DNA of 63,307 bases, the filler included, from Octopus bimaculoides (Eukaryota), in assembly GCF_001194135.2 (NCBI RefSeq). It is 6 parts of 6 records of this genome, joined end to end, with 100 filler letters (N's around TTAATTAATTAA, not from the genome) between each part and the next. Parts side by side here need not be neighbours in the genome. Positions count along the whole stretch, not along the records: positions 1 to 14,106 come from NC_068985.1; 5 more parts are not named here. One strand, written 5' to 3'. Within the stretch, counting starts at the first letter, position 1; each line of letters starts with the position of its first letter. Of the stretch, positions 1-13,970 are shown one piece after another. The notes under the pieces were generated by a model. The model was not told the origin of the DNA. It saw only the letters and a list, made by a program, of their open reading frames with translations, and made no database searches. The position numbers were made by a program, and so were the translations under genes.

Positions 1-47
<47 letters not shown>

Positions 48-51
48 CGAC

Positions 52-210
52 AAACTTCTTTCAGTTTCCGTCCGCCAATTCAACTCACAAGGCTTTGGTC
101 GCCCTGAGGACATTGTAGACGGCACCCGCCCAAGGTACCACTGCGTGGTAAACCGAAACCACCATGTGACTGGAAAGCAAGCATCTTCCACGTACCCACC
201 CCTACGCCAT
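52..210 (-). mobile_element. Degenerate tRNA-derived SINE, family A, head region
   Basis: Reverse complement aligns by eye to the well-preserved copies at 13320-13710 and 48585-48980 (cttctttcagtttccgtc...actcacaaggctttggtcg). Confidence 0.75.
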
Positions 211-214
211 TGTG

Positions 215-1091
215 TATGCGGGCGCGGTGAATATTTTGTCAACTATATTACATATAAATGAAAATAACACTAACATCTCATTTTAAGAAATGTATTTACT
301 AACATTACATAAAATTATCTTGAAATACTAAAGAGAAAATTTATTCAATAAAATTACCATTGGCTTCAACTACGACCTCCAGAAGTCTTCGGAGCCTCCT
401 GCAACTCTTCTGGACGGTCTCCTTGTTTACGTTGGTGAATGCTGCCATAATCCTTGCCTTCAGTCCATCTTTGGTGCTACAAGGAGTTTTGTTGTCCCCT
501 CGCTCAACTGCTCCCCACACATAATAATCAAGGGGGATGCAGTCTGTGGAGTTAGGTGGCCAGATGTTAGGGGTGATGTGGTCGCAGAAATTGTCTGACA
601 GCCAAGACTGGATTCTCATACTTGTGTGTCATGGTGCAGAGTCCGGTTGCCAGACATAGGGTCTTCCAGTAGCCACCCTTTATCCCCAGGGCAGCATTAC
701 TTCCTCCAGGCACTTGATGTAGGGCTCTGTGTTCCATCTAAGGCCGCGTGGGAAGGAGAATGGAGGAATAACGCCGCTATCACTAGTGATCACTCCAAAT
801 ACCATGATGTTGACTGGATGTTTGATTTTTATCACTCTCAGTACATTTGCTCAGATTTTGCTGTCCTTAGATTGGCACACAAACACTCTGAAATGTTCGT
901 AGTGGAGCTTCCGGCGCGAATGCCAAGCAGTACAGCATGTTTCCAAATTGCGTCACGGTGCTGATTTTCTCACAGACGGTGCCGAACTGACCGTACTATA
1001 TTGTGTAGTCGAAAAAATCAAAAACAAATAATGTGCATGCGCGAAATTAAAAATATAATATGGTGACAATTTACCCATCGCACACTGTATA
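215..1091 (-). mobile_element. Internally deleted Tc1/mariner-superfamily DD37D (maT-like) transposon, copy 1
   Basis: Minus-strand frames give KHPVNIMVFGVITSD...YIKCLEEVMLPW...RPYVWQPDSAP, then WLSDNFCDHITPNIWPPNSTDCIPLDYYVWGAVE...VVEANGNFIE*. There are 37 residues between the second and third catalytic Asp. Degenerate TIRs lie at about 215-245 and 1060-1091 (tacagtgtgcgatgggtaaattgtcacc on minus). Confidence 0.85.
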
Positions 1092-1852
1092 TACACCTAC
1101 ACCATACACAATGAGAGGTTCGGTTTACCAAATTTAGTGACGAAACGTTGTTCAATCTTGAACTACGTTAAATTGAAATATTCGCAAGATAACAGGCAAT
1201 GCCATTCACCCTGGACGACAACTAACTAAAACATGATGGCGGACAATTAAATAGCGCGAAATTGGGAGACAAAAAACATTGACAGACAAGAGTGCAATAG
1301 ACCACTAGCTAACATAATAGCTAAGAAATATTGGATTACATAGGGACAATCACAAAGAATTTCTGGTGAGTAGAGTAGCAAATATTCTACATTCTTTCCA
1401 CGTGACCGGATATTTATTTTTATTCTGTAACCGTATCTCTATACTATTGCGTTAAACAGAATGAATCTAGTTTTGCTTCTTTCAAAATTCTTTGTTCGAA
1501 TTTAGAAAGAGCAAACCGGTATTGTCAAAGATCTTGCTGTCATTCCATTAGAGACCCATTAAGGAATATCCTGTTTTACAACGAATCGGCTTTAAATCGA
1601 AATTTTGAATCATTGATTTGTTGTGAACTTCTTGAAAGATTCTGCTTCGCGGGTACTTGCAACGAGCGGATGATCTACATAAACATTTCTCCGTCAGAAA
1701 AGTGCTATTGTTTTTATCGTTATCATTTGGAATATTATTGATGCTATAAGAATTTATAAACTTTACAGAACATGAAATAACTCTTTTTGGAAACGTTTGA
1801 TCTCGAAGCAGATATGTTTTAAACATCATCGTGTAAATACAGGTAATATAAA

Positions 1853-2130
1853 ACTCAGAACGTACCGACATACCAGCTTGTAAGCGATTCTGCCAGCTTG
1901 ACTCCTTAGAGCGTGTAAATATAGGTTTCAAATTTTGGCACAAGACCAGCAATGAGGGGGAAGGGATCAACCATCCCCATTGGACAACTGATACGTATTT
2001 TATTAATCCCGAAAAGATGAAAGACGAAGTTGACCTCGGCGGAATTTGAACTCAGAACGTACTGACGGACGGAATGCCGCAAAGCATTTTGTCCGCTTGC
2101 AAACGATTCTGCTAGCTCGACTCCTGACAG
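1853..2130 (-). mobile_element. tRNA-derived SINE, family B, with a preceding partial head copy
   Basis: Carries the family B core (gatgaaagacgaagttgacctcggcggaatttgaactcagaacg) also seen at 11470-11840, 51835-52050 and 56585-56790. Confidence 0.8.
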
Positions 2131-3454
2131 CGTGTAATTACTGCGATAAAAAAAAAAGCTTTGGATAGAAAAAATCGAAGGCAACCCCAAAAGAATTCCT
2201 GTTCTCACGAAGTTCTTAAATTCTAATGACGTCAACAACATAAAATTGTTTCCGATAACAATAAAGTTTCTTACACGGATAAAGAACTTAAGGATTGCTT
2301 TGTTCCATTAGTAAAACGCCTGTTCTGTTTATAGATGTGTGTTCGAATATCACGGACGGCCTTCAACTTTTTCTGTTCTATCAAAAGAGTTATTTAATCC
2401 GATATTTACACGTTGTTACTCATAGCTTATCCGCATCGCGACCCAACATTGAAAAATAATTATTTGCAATATATTTTACACCTTCTTACTCTGCTTACGA
2501 TCACTTTATTCTGTTCGACAGCCTCAACAGCTTCTTTAGCACATTTATATAATTTTTGTATCACATTTATTCAGCTTTCATATTTCATGAAATAGGCTGT
2601 GTATAGAAATTTTACCGAAGATATTACAAATTATTGCTTCCACTTTGAATGTTTTGGATAACTAGGAGTTCTTTTGTGCTTTTTGTGCTTATTCAGGCTC
2701 TCTTATAATTGTCTGACTCGTTAATTTTCATCATTTATATTCTATTTCATTTCATTGGTGTGTTTTGTATTTCTGTATAGAATTCGTTTACTTGTCTTGT
2801 TCTCCGCGCTACATATCTCTCTATGTAATTTCTGTATCTGACTATTCCCTATAAATCTTTCTGACATCATTCTTTCCTCTTCTTACAACATACACACTGT
2901 CTTCACCTTTTCCCCTACATCAAATTCATTCATTTGTATATCTTCCCCTGTTTCATTGCTTTACCTCAACTGCTGGTTTATCAAACTTCATTCACTCCTC
3001 GTAAGTTTCTTAAATTCCAAAACAATTCTGACATGAGATTTTTCATTCGCTGCAAATATTACAGCTAATGCCCTGTACCAATGCATAGCGATTCTTTTTA
3101 TTCAGATGTAATTTAGTTGCTTAAAAGTTCCTATTATTTTTAACCAACAGTCAATCATATTACCCCAATAGACTCCATCACTTTTGAAAAGTCACAAACT
3201 CTCAAACAATCAGCTTTAAATACTTATTTGATTATTTGCCAAATAACTCATATTGCAACATTTCATGACCTTATTTAAACCATTGTGTTCTTCCCAAAAG
3301 TTGACTTCTATCTGCTGATCGGTTACGTGAAACACATAGTAACAAGTTTACAAGTTTGTCAGCTGCAGTAAAACTCTATAATTTACTTTACATTTGGTAT
3401 TCCAAGTAAAATTTTCTCCCCAATGGTTTAACTACATTTTTAGACCCCCCCCCA

Positions 3455-3514
3455 TCTCTCTCTCTCTCTCTGTGCCTCTCTCTCAATTTCTGTGTGGGTG
3501 TGTGTACATGTGTG

Positions 3515-3606
<92 letters not shown>

Positions 3607-3616
3607 NNNNNNNNNN

Positions 3617-3702
<86 letters not shown>

Positions 3703-3813
3703 GCATACATTTATGTATATGTGCATATGCAGATGTATGTGTATGGGACGTGTGTGTGTTTGTAATTTTAGAGTATGTGTGTGTGTGTGTGTAAATATAT
3801 ATATGTTTGTATG

Positions 3814-3846
<33 letters not shown>

Positions 3847-4286
3847 GTATATGTGTGCGTGTGCGTGCATACTCTTTAAAATTACATTATGTCCATGATA
3901 ATTGGGACCAATAGAGTTTGTGAGAGACATGATGGGATAGAAAAGTGGAAAACGATGGGGAGAGAGAGAGAGAGAGAGAAGGAGAGAGAGGGGGAGAGGG
4001 AGAGGGAGAGAGAAAGAGAGAGAGAGAGAGTACGGGGAGAAAAGAGTTGAGAGAAAGATTAAGGTTGGGGCGGAGAATAAATACATCGATTGTAAAGGCA
4101 AGAGGTGAAGTAAGAGGTGAAGAAGAAGAAGAAGAAGAGATAAGGATAGAAAAACCGGAGAAGAGAAGGAGGAAGGAGGGGATGATCAAGAAGGAAAAGA
4201 GGGAGGAGGGGGAAAAGAAAAAAAGAAGTAGATTAGGGAGGGAAAGAACAAGGAAAAAGAAGCAATATATCACTACGACGGTGATC

Positions 4287-4319
<33 letters not shown>

Positions 4320-4570
4320 AGAAAGGGTTAGAAGGGAAGGCTGGAGGGTGGGCAATAGGACGTTGGCGCGTTACCGGAGTTAGAAAGAACTGACAAAGAG
4401 CGAGTGAGGGAGAGAGAAATAGAGATGGAGCGAAAGAGAGAGAGAGGGAGAAAGAGGCAGAGAGGTAGATAGAGAGAAAAAGACAGAGAGAGCGAGAGAG
4501 AGAGAGAGAGAGAGACGGAGGGAGAGAACACACAGACAGACAGACACACAGACAGACAGACAATAAAACG
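3455..4570. repeat. Compound microsatellites (CT)n/(CA)n/(TA)n/(TATG)n/(GA)n/(GAA)n/(GAT)n
   Basis: Directly visible simple repeats; they explain the low-complexity ORFs in this interval. Confidence 0.95.
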
Positions 4571-4702
4571 AACAACAGAGAAGAGGAAGTAGCAGTTCCA
4601 AGAGCGCAATAATCTTCAGCAGTCCTCAAACGTACACGTGTGTTGTGGCATGTGGTTAGATGTGTACGTGTGTGCGTATGTACTTATGCCTTGTATATGG
4701 GT

Positions 4703-4747
<45 letters not shown>

Positions 4748-5279
4748 GTGTGCCAATGCATGTATACCTACATGTGTGTTATTGTTTAGGCTTCCTTTCC
4801 TCTTTCTACCTCTTTGTGTTTGAACAGGCAGGTGTTGGCAAAGGTCAATTAGCGAAGGAACTTTTATGTGGCTGCTAGTTCGTGCTAGAAATAGCAACCA
4901 AACTGCTGTCAAATCATACCGTACCATTTTTAGAAATAAAAGAGAAAATAAATTCAATATTTTAGTCCTACAAACAACTAAATCGACAGGATGGTCGTTG
5001 CTGGCTGACTCTGATAACTAATAACAATTTAATTTCGCCTCAACAGCAGCAAAAACAACAACACAGTGATTCGTATCTTTTGTGTTTTGTGCTGGTTTAT
5101 AAATTCTATTTGATTATAATCCTAAATGCATGTGTCTGATCTCTCATTCTGTTTCCACTTCTACCTACCTGTATTTCTGTGTGTGCGTGTGTTTGTATGT
5201 ATGTTTGTGCGTGTGCACACGTGTGTGTGGGTTAAGATCTGCATTTAGATGGGTTCTCTATGTTTATCTACACACTCTC

Positions 5280-5315
<36 letters not shown>

Positions 5316-5354
5316 ATACATATATGTTTATATATATGTATATATATACACACA

Positions 5355-5390
<36 letters not shown>

Positions 5391-6039
5391 TGTACGTATG
5401 TATGTATACATGAACCTACACACACAAACACATTCACACACAGATAAACAGACAGACAGACCGATAGATAGATAGATAGATGAGTGTATGCATGCATTTG
5501 GTTTGGGATCGTGTATACAGTGGTGTGTTGGTGCATCTCTAACTGTATATATTCCTGTGTGTATATACATGTCATATCACAGTGTTTTTGCATGTGCATT
5601 TCTGTACATTTGTTTTCCTACCGAGTCAGGACGTTCGGGGTATTGCATTTAAGAAAATGAAGAAAAAGATGGAAATATTTGAATTTTGTCGGTGAAAGCA
5701 GACATATTTTGAAAGTGAGGAAAATAAATCACAAGATGAATTGAAAGTGAAAGTAAAGAGAATGGAAAATGGATGGAGTTGGTGAGAAAGGAAAGAAGAG
5801 CAAACAGAAACGAGGAAGAGAGGGAGAGAGAGAAAGAAAGAGAAACTAGGAAGAGGAATGAAAGAAGCTATGTGAGAGAAAGAAATAGAAGAGTATAAGG
5901 ATGGATGAATATATGTCCTAAGTGATGTGATCAGAATGCATGCAACAGACGAAGGAAAATGATAAAAGAATGAATGAAAGAAAAGCAGAATAATAGGAAA
6001 ATATGTTGGAGAGAGAAAAAAAGAGTAAAATAGAAAACA

Positions 6040-6073
<34 letters not shown>

Positions 6074-7099
6074 ATAGAAAGAAAAAAACGAAGAGAGAGC
6101 CAGCGAGAGAGAGAGACAACTACACGAGTAAAAAATATAGATGAGTAAAATGTCCCAGGTGTTGTGATGGGAATACATGTAACGAACAAGTTTCGATGAA
6201 AAGTAATAGAGATATATGTAGACGAAAAGAGATAACGAGGCTAGAGGCGTTTACCAATAGAAAATAACCTGTACACAACAGATATCTTTCCTATTCTGTT
6301 CACCGTCTCTTTCTATCTGTGTTTCATTTCTATATTTAATTCCCTTTTTCTCTTCCTTTATCTTCTGACATTTAAAAAAAAAAAAGAAAAACAGATCATT
6401 CTAATTTCCCCGTCTTTACCTAATTACCCTTCACCTCTCAAATAGTTTTGCTTTTATCTTTCCCTCTTCGTGTATCATTATTATTATTCTTTTTCCCTTT
6501 TTTCCCCATCTTTTTACTTGTATGTTATATTAATATCATTTGAAAAAAGAAATTCTTTTTACTTTCGACTTCTTTCAAACATTGATCGGCATGTATACGC
6601 GATGGACTGACAAAAATTATCATCATAGCCCCCACAACCACCACTATTTTCACCAGCAGCAACATCATCATCATTATCATCATCCTCATCGTCGTTTTCA
6701 TTGTCATCGATATTATTTTCCTCAACATCACCACGATCATCATCACCATTATCGTTATATAGTGACAAGTTCCTTTCGCCAGTGAACCATAAGAAAAAAC
6801 AATCTCTTCCGACGTTAGTTTTCTTCTTTTCATCTAGTAGTAGCATTTAGAAAGACGTTCTGTCTATTTAGTTAAGGCGATCTTCCCTTACAAGTGCCAC
6901 AGACAAGCATCAGGGCTATTCAGGACGTTAGATAATATATTACAACTTCATTTTCGGCTTTTCTCTCATTCTCAGATGTTCCCAACTTTTTAATAGGATT
7001 TCATTACTGCATCTCACAGTGAAATCTTACTTTCACTTTCGTTTTCAAGGTAGAGCATGCAGTCTTGTTAATTTTGTAATCGGACATTTACTTTAAAAC

Positions 7100-7152
<53 letters not shown>

Positions 7153-7597
7153 CCTGTCTATCTATCTATCTATTTATTCGTCTGTTACTTTGTCTCGTCT
7201 TTACTTATAAATTTATTTATTTACCAATATATATATATATATTTATTTTTATCTACGTAGATATTTATTTTTCTATTATTTTGTTATACATTGCTACATT
7301 ACTTTTAGCATTACCTACCTGTTTCTCTATCCATCTGTCAATCTACCTACCTACCTACCTACCTACCTACCTACCTACCTACCTACCTATCTACCTACCT
7401 ACCTACATATATACCTCTATCAAACTATACCTAACTATATATTTATATATATATAAATCAAGCAATATCTATCTGCCTATCTATTTATTTTACTGTCTGC
7501 CCGCCTGCGTCTCTCTGTGTATCTTTATCTATATATTTATCTGTCTAAAAACATTTCCAGCATCCTCTCTATCCATCTCTATCCATCTACATATCCA

Positions 7598-7628
<31 letters not shown>

Positions 7629-8006
7629 TTCTGGATATCAATCAACATAGCTATCTATCTACCTTTTTATCTATGTAACTATCCATCCATCTTAGTATCT
7701 TTCTACCTCTCTACGAGATTTCTTATTTTTTTCTGAATACCAAAGTATTTATTTATCTAAACATCTTACTAGCATTGTGTCTTATCATTCACCCAGATAC
7801 TTATCAACCTTCGTGCCTATTTAAAATTTATTTCTTTATCTTTCCATTTTCTACTTTGATCAGAATTTTCTTCGCCCATATTTTCTATCTACCGTTGCAT
7901 CGTAATATTTCTCTCTCTCTCTCTCTCTCTCCCTCTCTGTATAATATTGAAATCCCGTCTAGATACGGGATGAGTCTGCCGTTCATTATAACCTCATCGC
8001 TTGCAG

Positions 8007-8300
8007 AGAAAAATAAAGATGAAACAAGGCGAATGAATGAAGTTTTATTTCTTGAACTAGAAACCCTCCAACGTGAGTACAAAAGAAGCCGACAAGTGGT
8101 TGAGCAGCTGACCAAGGACTATGAGGAATCTAAGGATTTAGACCCCGTCCGACGCTACGAAAAACTTAAAGTAATGGTCAAGCGGACTATAATGCACTTT
8201 AAAGTAAATTCCGAAGAACAAATCAAAGAGGCCGCAGCTGCGGCAGCCTGCCAAGGAACACAGGCAGAGGCACTGAAAAGGCGTGGGGAGAAAAACACAA
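8007..8300 (+). CDS. Internal coding exon of an unrecognised, probably coiled-coil protein (KNKDETRRMNEVLFLELETLQREYKRSRQVVEQLTKDYEESKDLDPVRRYEKLKVMVKRTIMHFKVNSEEQIKEAAAAAACQGTQAEALKRRGEKNT)
   Basis: Acceptor ...ctcatcgcttgcAG ends at 8006 and donor GTAAGC starts at 8301. The exon is 294 nt, open and phase 1 at both ends. The peptide is complex, charged and helix-like, unlike the flanking repeats. Confidence 0.85.
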
Positions 8301-8860
8301 GTAAGCCCTTTTGTTTAAGCTTTTCATTAATGAAACAGTGGTTGATTTTTAAACTTGCATGAATTATTACTGGAAAAACTGGTGTGATTATATAGTTTGT
8401 CTGCTTGAATTTTCGTTTGTCCTATTTTGGTATATATATATATATATATATNNNNNNNNNNNNNNNNNNNNNNNNNNNNNNNNNNNNNNNNNNNNNNNNN
8501 NNNNNNNNNNNNNNNNNNNNNNNNNNNNNNNNNNNNNNNNNNNNNNNNNNNNNNNNNNNNNNNNNNNNNNNNNNNNNNNNNNNNNNNNNNNNNNNNNNNN
8601 NNNNNNNNNNNNNNNNNNNNNNNNNNNNNNNNNNNNNNNNNNNNNNNNNNNNNNNNNNNNNNNNNNNNNNNNNNNNNNNNNNNNNNNNNNNNNNNNNNNN
8701 NNNNNNNNNNNNNNNNNNNNNNNNNNNNNNNNNNNNNNNNNNNNNNNNNNNNNNNNNNNNNNNNNNNNNNNNNNNNNNNNNNNNNNNNNNNNNNNNNNNN
8801 NNNNNNNNNNNNNNNNNNNNNNNNNNNNNNNNNNNNNNNNNNNNNNNNNNNNNNNNNNNN

Positions 8861-8896
<36 letters not shown>

Positions 8897-8962
8897 CATG
8901 TATATGTATATAAATATGTATATATATGTATATATGCCTATGTATATCTATCTCTCTATTCA

Positions 8963-9010
<48 letters not shown>

Positions 9011-9504
9011 CGTGCGCTCGTGTGTGTGTGTGTGCATATCACTGCAATAATTGCTTAGAATCCTGAAGTCACAATATCAAAGTGTTCAAAACCTTGTACC
9101 ACTAACTTTTGAGAAGTTAATGTTTTCTTTCTACTAGTGTCATTACAACTTTCTCCTTTGGTTGTTTGCCTTCTTGGTTGTTGTTCTTTCTACGTGGTAA
9201 TAATAATAATAATAATAATGATAATAATAATAATAATAATAGTAATAATAATAATAATAATGTGAGTGTTATAGCAATAGCAGTAATGAAAAAAAAAATG
9301 TTGTTTCTATGATAAAATAACGATGCTTATTTCTATTCTGTACTAACAACAGCCACACGTCTGTATCATACTGGAATTCCTTTGAAATATTTGAATTATT
9401 TCATACTTTATATATCCGACTATTGTCAAACTGCATTGAATTTTATTATACTAATTCTAAGATCAATATTATTATTATTATTATTATCATTATTATTATT
9501 ATTA

Positions 9505-9541
<37 letters not shown>

Positions 9542-10236
9542 CTTTGTAATACTATTCAAAGTTTATAGGCCACCGTGACACCAGGTCAAAATATCCTATT
9601 AGAACACAACTGCTGAGGCTCATTCTAGCCTATGGCTAATTTTAGACGCTTCGACGACGAATTACTTCGTCGAGTAACAACTTGACTTGCCAGTCTTTTG
9701 TTATTACAATATGTACAAAGTGCATACATAATTCGTATTGGCTATTGCATATAATATTATTATGATATCGTTGTGCATATTACATTATTGTCATATCTTA
9801 ATTATTTCATGCTAATGATCTAACACATTTTCTTTAAACTTTCTTACACATGCGTATTATACACGTACTTATATGCATTCATATATATATATATATNNNN
9901 NNNNNNNNNNNNNNNNNNNNNNNNNNNNNNNNNNNNNNNNNNNNNNNNNNNNNNNNNNNNNNNNNNNNNNNNNNNNNNNNNNNNNNNNNNNNNNNNNNNN
10001 NNNNNNNNNNNNNNNNNNNNNNNNNNNNNNNNNNNNNNNNNNNNNNNNNNNNNNNNNNNNNNNNNNNNNNNNNNNNNNNNNNNNNNNNNNNNNNNNNNNN
10101 NNNNNNNNNNNNNNNNNNNNNNNNNNNNNNNNNNNNNNNNNNNNNNNNNNNNNNNNNNNNNNNNNNNNNNNNNNNNNNNNNNNNNNNNNNNNNNNNNNNN
10201 NNNNNNNNNNNNNNNNNNNNNNNNNNNNNNNNNNNN

Positions 10237-10289
<53 letters not shown>

Positions 10290-10524
10290 ATTTATATATA
10301 TGTATATACATATCTACACATACATACATATGTGTGTGTGTGTATTGTATCAAGGAGTCGTCCGTCACTCGTGAAATAGCATGGTCAGTAATATGTACTT
10401 TGCTTGTACCATATTGTGGATGACTTTGTAGTCACGAACGGACGTAAATACTTCTCGGATTTAAACTGTATGCACGTCCGGGATGTAACAGTTGGCTAGA
10501 GAGAGACACGGAAAGAGCTGGAGG

Positions 10525-10570
<46 letters not shown>

Positions 10571-10978
10571 AAGATAGAGAGAAAGAGAGAGAGGGAGAGA
10601 GAGAGGGGAGAGAGAGGGGGAGGGAGAGGGGGAGAGAGAAATGTTCCATCACTCGGCTGGTGCCCATTATCAGTTTAGTTGCCTAAAACAACGTACCCTG
10701 AAAATGTGCCTCTGTCTGGTATCGCGAGTGGAAGGCTTTAACCACTTGGCCACGTGCCCATCATACATTCGTACACTGGCACATACTAATGAACACACAT
10801 ACACACACACACGAACACATATATATATATACATACACACACATACACATACAAACTTGTTGCCAATTCCAATATGCTGTTGGAACTCGCAATAAAGCCA
10901 TTCACTGTATTTTGTCATAAGGAACACTTCTCGTCGTGGAACACTCACGTACACACACAAACACAAACAGACAGACAG

Positions 10979-11030
<52 letters not shown>

Positions 11031-11469
11031 ACACACACTCATGCACGCACTCGCGTACACACATACACACGTGTCATTGAAATCCTAGTATCTTGAGAAC
11101 ATCGAATAGAACGAATTGAATAAATGGCTAAATTTACTTGACACCTCCGTCCTCCGAGAACAAATCTTTTTGACATCAACTATGCTTTTAACTGTTCATT
11201 ATCGATTATTAAAGGTTCGGTACCTAGTAACCGATTGACAGAATGTCAGAAAGTCTCATCTGATGGGATGGGATATGTGTTTCGGCCTTGGTTGTTCTGA
11301 GTTCAAAATGCGCCTCTCGTATACTTGGTGGATTGAGCAACGACGGTGAAAATCTTGGGAAGACCTCGGACACTCAACAAGTTTATTCTTCTATTCATAT
11401 GTCTATTAGTGAGTGTAACTAATTCACACTTATTTCAGATTCATAATGTAGAAGAGATATTCTTTTCTA

Positions 11470-11842
11470 TACTAGGGCTAGTCAATTTGATCGACCCCAG
11501 TACGTAACTGGTACTTAATTTATGACCCCGAAAGGATGAAAAGTAAATTCGACCTCGGTGGAATTTGAACTCAGATCGTAAAAACAGGCGAAATACCGCT
11601 AAGTATTTCGCCTGGCGTGCTAACGTTTCTTTTCTAGACTAGGCACAAAGCCCGAAATTTTAGGGGAGGGGGCTGGTCGATTACATCGATCTCAGTGCGT
11701 AACTCGTACTTAATTTATCGACCCCGAAAAGATGAAAGGCAAAGTCGACCTCGGCAAAGTCGAACTCAGAACGTAACGGCAGACGAAAAACCGGTCAGCA
11801 TTTTGCCCGACGTGCTAAAGTTTCTGCCAGTTCGCCGCCTTT
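11470..11842 (-). mobile_element. Two tandem family B SINE copies
   Basis: Both contain gaccccgaaa(g/a)gatgaaa..aa(a/g)tcgacctcgg..gaa.ttcgaactcaga, with heads ending ...cgccttt. Confidence 0.85.
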
Positions 11843-11894
11843 ACAGAAGATATATTATATGAAAGGTATGAATTGACAAACATACATGCACAGA

Positions 11895-11960
<66 letters not shown>

Positions 11961-11967
11961 TCACATC

Positions 11968-12190
11968 GAGGCGCCGACATTGTGGACAGACTGTTACACA
12001 CACGCGTGCAAGGTCGTGGTTTCGATCCCCAGGACTGCGGTGCGTTGCGTTCATTTCACGTTGCGCCTATCACGAAATCTGTAAATGGATGGACCTAAGA
12101 CGAACTGGCGCCCCGTTCAGAGAGTGTGTTGCCCTGTCGGCCAAGCCAGCAGGGTAGCATTACTCGAAAGCTAAACGAAATCAAGGAAGT
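11968..12190 (+). mobile_element. Degenerate tRNA-derived SINE (another family)
   Basis: B-box-like ggtttcgatcccc followed by a SINE-type body (catttcacgttgc...tctgtaaatgg). Confidence 0.55.
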
Positions 12191-12342
12191 ACACAGTGGT
12201 CAATGGTTTAAAACGACACCAGATAATCTGCTCGTTGCAGTGATAAAGTGATGTGTATTTGAGTGTCTGTATGTGTGTGTTTGTGTGTATATGTCTGTGT
12301 GTGTGTATGTTTGTGCATGTGTGTATGTGTGTGTATATATGG

Positions 12343-12391
<49 letters not shown>

Positions 12392-13149
12392 TGTGTCAAT
12401 ATGTTTGCGCACGCATACGCGTGTGTTTGGGTATTAATACGAATGCATAATTATCTATGTATGCTTTGCACTGAACATGGAGATATGATTGTAATAACTC
12501 CTAGGCTCATGAATATGTACTTATTCATGTTTAATACTCTTATTAACATATCAGGGAAAGAACTGATTTTCAAACAACATCCGTTTGGTTGGCCATTTTA
12601 TTCAAAGTACTCAATGATCCAAATTTAACGTGAATGTTAAAATATAGATACAAGAGAAAACTTTAATGGTATTCAAAAAATATTTCCTCAATACAGGAAG
12701 ATATTTCCCCGACAAAAATTTTCTGACTACTCGCGTAAATTAATACAGTATCAAATTTCTCTATAAGTACATGCGCTAGAATATATTCACCTATTGTACT
12801 GCATTCACCAGCAATATTTACACCTACTGTATTGCATTCAAAGAGCAAATATTTCATAATTAAAGTTTATGAGGCGGATATTAACATAGTCACTCGTATG
12901 TCATTCATAGTATACTAAAATACGCTCTCTTCCTGGTAGGTTGATGACTGCTTTATATACGTGTATATATTTAAAGGATTTCGTTTGATACCGACATACA
13001 GCTATGTCCAAATATCATGCAGGTATATCTTTGTACATGTGTCTATATCTACTATTTTTCCAGTTACCATTTATTGTATTCATATATGCATATGTACATA
13101 TGCATATGTATGTTTATATGTGTGTGTATAAAATTATTTAATATATATA

Positions 13150-13965
13150 TATGTCGTGGTTGTGTGGTAATAATCTTGCTTCCGAACCATGTAGTTTTGG
13201 GTCCAGTTCCACTGCTTGGCACCTTTGGCAAGTGCCTTCTATAGTCTCGGATCGACCAAAGACTTGTGAGTGGTTCTGGTAGTCAGAAACAGAAAAGAGG
13301 TCCGTCGTATATATACTATTTTATTTTACTTGTTTCAGTCATTTGACTGCGGCCATGCTGGAGCACCGCCTCTAGTCGAGCAAATCGACCCCGGGACTTA
13401 TTCTTTGTAAGCCTAGTACTTATTCTATCGGTCTCTTTTTGCCGAACCGCTAAGTGACGGGGACATAAACACACCAGCATCGTCTGTCAAGCAATGCTAG
13501 GGGGACAAACACAGACACACAAACACACATATATATACATATATACGACGGGCTTCTTTCAGTTTCCGTCTACCAAATCCACTCACAAGGCTTTGGTCGG
13601 CCCGAGGCTATAGTAGAAGACATTTGCCCAAGATGCCACGCAGTGGGACTGAACCCGGAACCATGTGGTTGGTAAGCAAGCTACTTACCACACAGCCACT
13701 CCTGCGCCTATATGTATATATATATGTATATTTATGTGTGTGTGTCTTTGTGTTTGTGCTTCTCTTCCTACCACCGCTTGACAACCGATGTCGGTGTGTT
13801 TACGTCCCTGTAACTTAGCGGTTCGGTAAAACGAATCGAATAGGATATAAACTAGGCTTACAAACAACAAGACCGATGATCGATTTCTTCCAGGAAAACC
13901 TTTTAAGAGGGTGCTCCAGCGTGTTCGCAGTCATATGACTGAAACAAGTAAAAGAATAAAAGAAG
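13150..13965 (+). mobile_element. Old family A SINE split in two (head 13150-13310, tail 13715-13965)
   Basis: The head ends at gtccgtcgtatatat and the same element resumes after 13710 with tatatgtatata...gtgtttacgtccctgtaacttagcggttcgg...gactgaaacaagtaaaag. Confidence 0.8.
13320..13710 (-). mobile_element. Young full-length family A SINE nested in opposite orientation
   Basis: Nearly collinear reverse complement of 48585-48980. Head on minus is ggcgcaggagtggctgtgtggtaagtagcttgc, with B-box-like ggttcagtccc. Confidence 0.9.
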
Positions 13966-13970
13966 ATATA

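Noticed and set aside
3388-6189. Many 70-240 aa ORFs rich in HT, CV, SL, RE or YI repeats, here and throughout the window
   Set aside because: They are translations of di-, tri- and tetranucleotide microsatellites and carry no coding signal.
6976-7049. Possible upstream exon phase-compatible with 8007-8300
   Set aside because: Good acceptor but weak donor (GTAGAG) and an uninformative peptide; mentioned only as a candidate.
8327-9058. Long ORFs spanning N runs (also near 9.9, 33.5, 38, 43.7, 46.8, 49.7, 56, 58.2 and 62.2 kb)
   Set aside because: They are open only because N codons contain no stops.
9645-9675. CpG-rich hairpin tcgacga...tcgtcga
   Set aside because: Only a 7-bp stem, with no hammerhead boxes or terminal-element context.
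12663-12857. 64-aa minus-strand ORF
   Set aside because: Largely a short tandem duplication (tgaatgca.taca.taggtg) with no splice or homology support.
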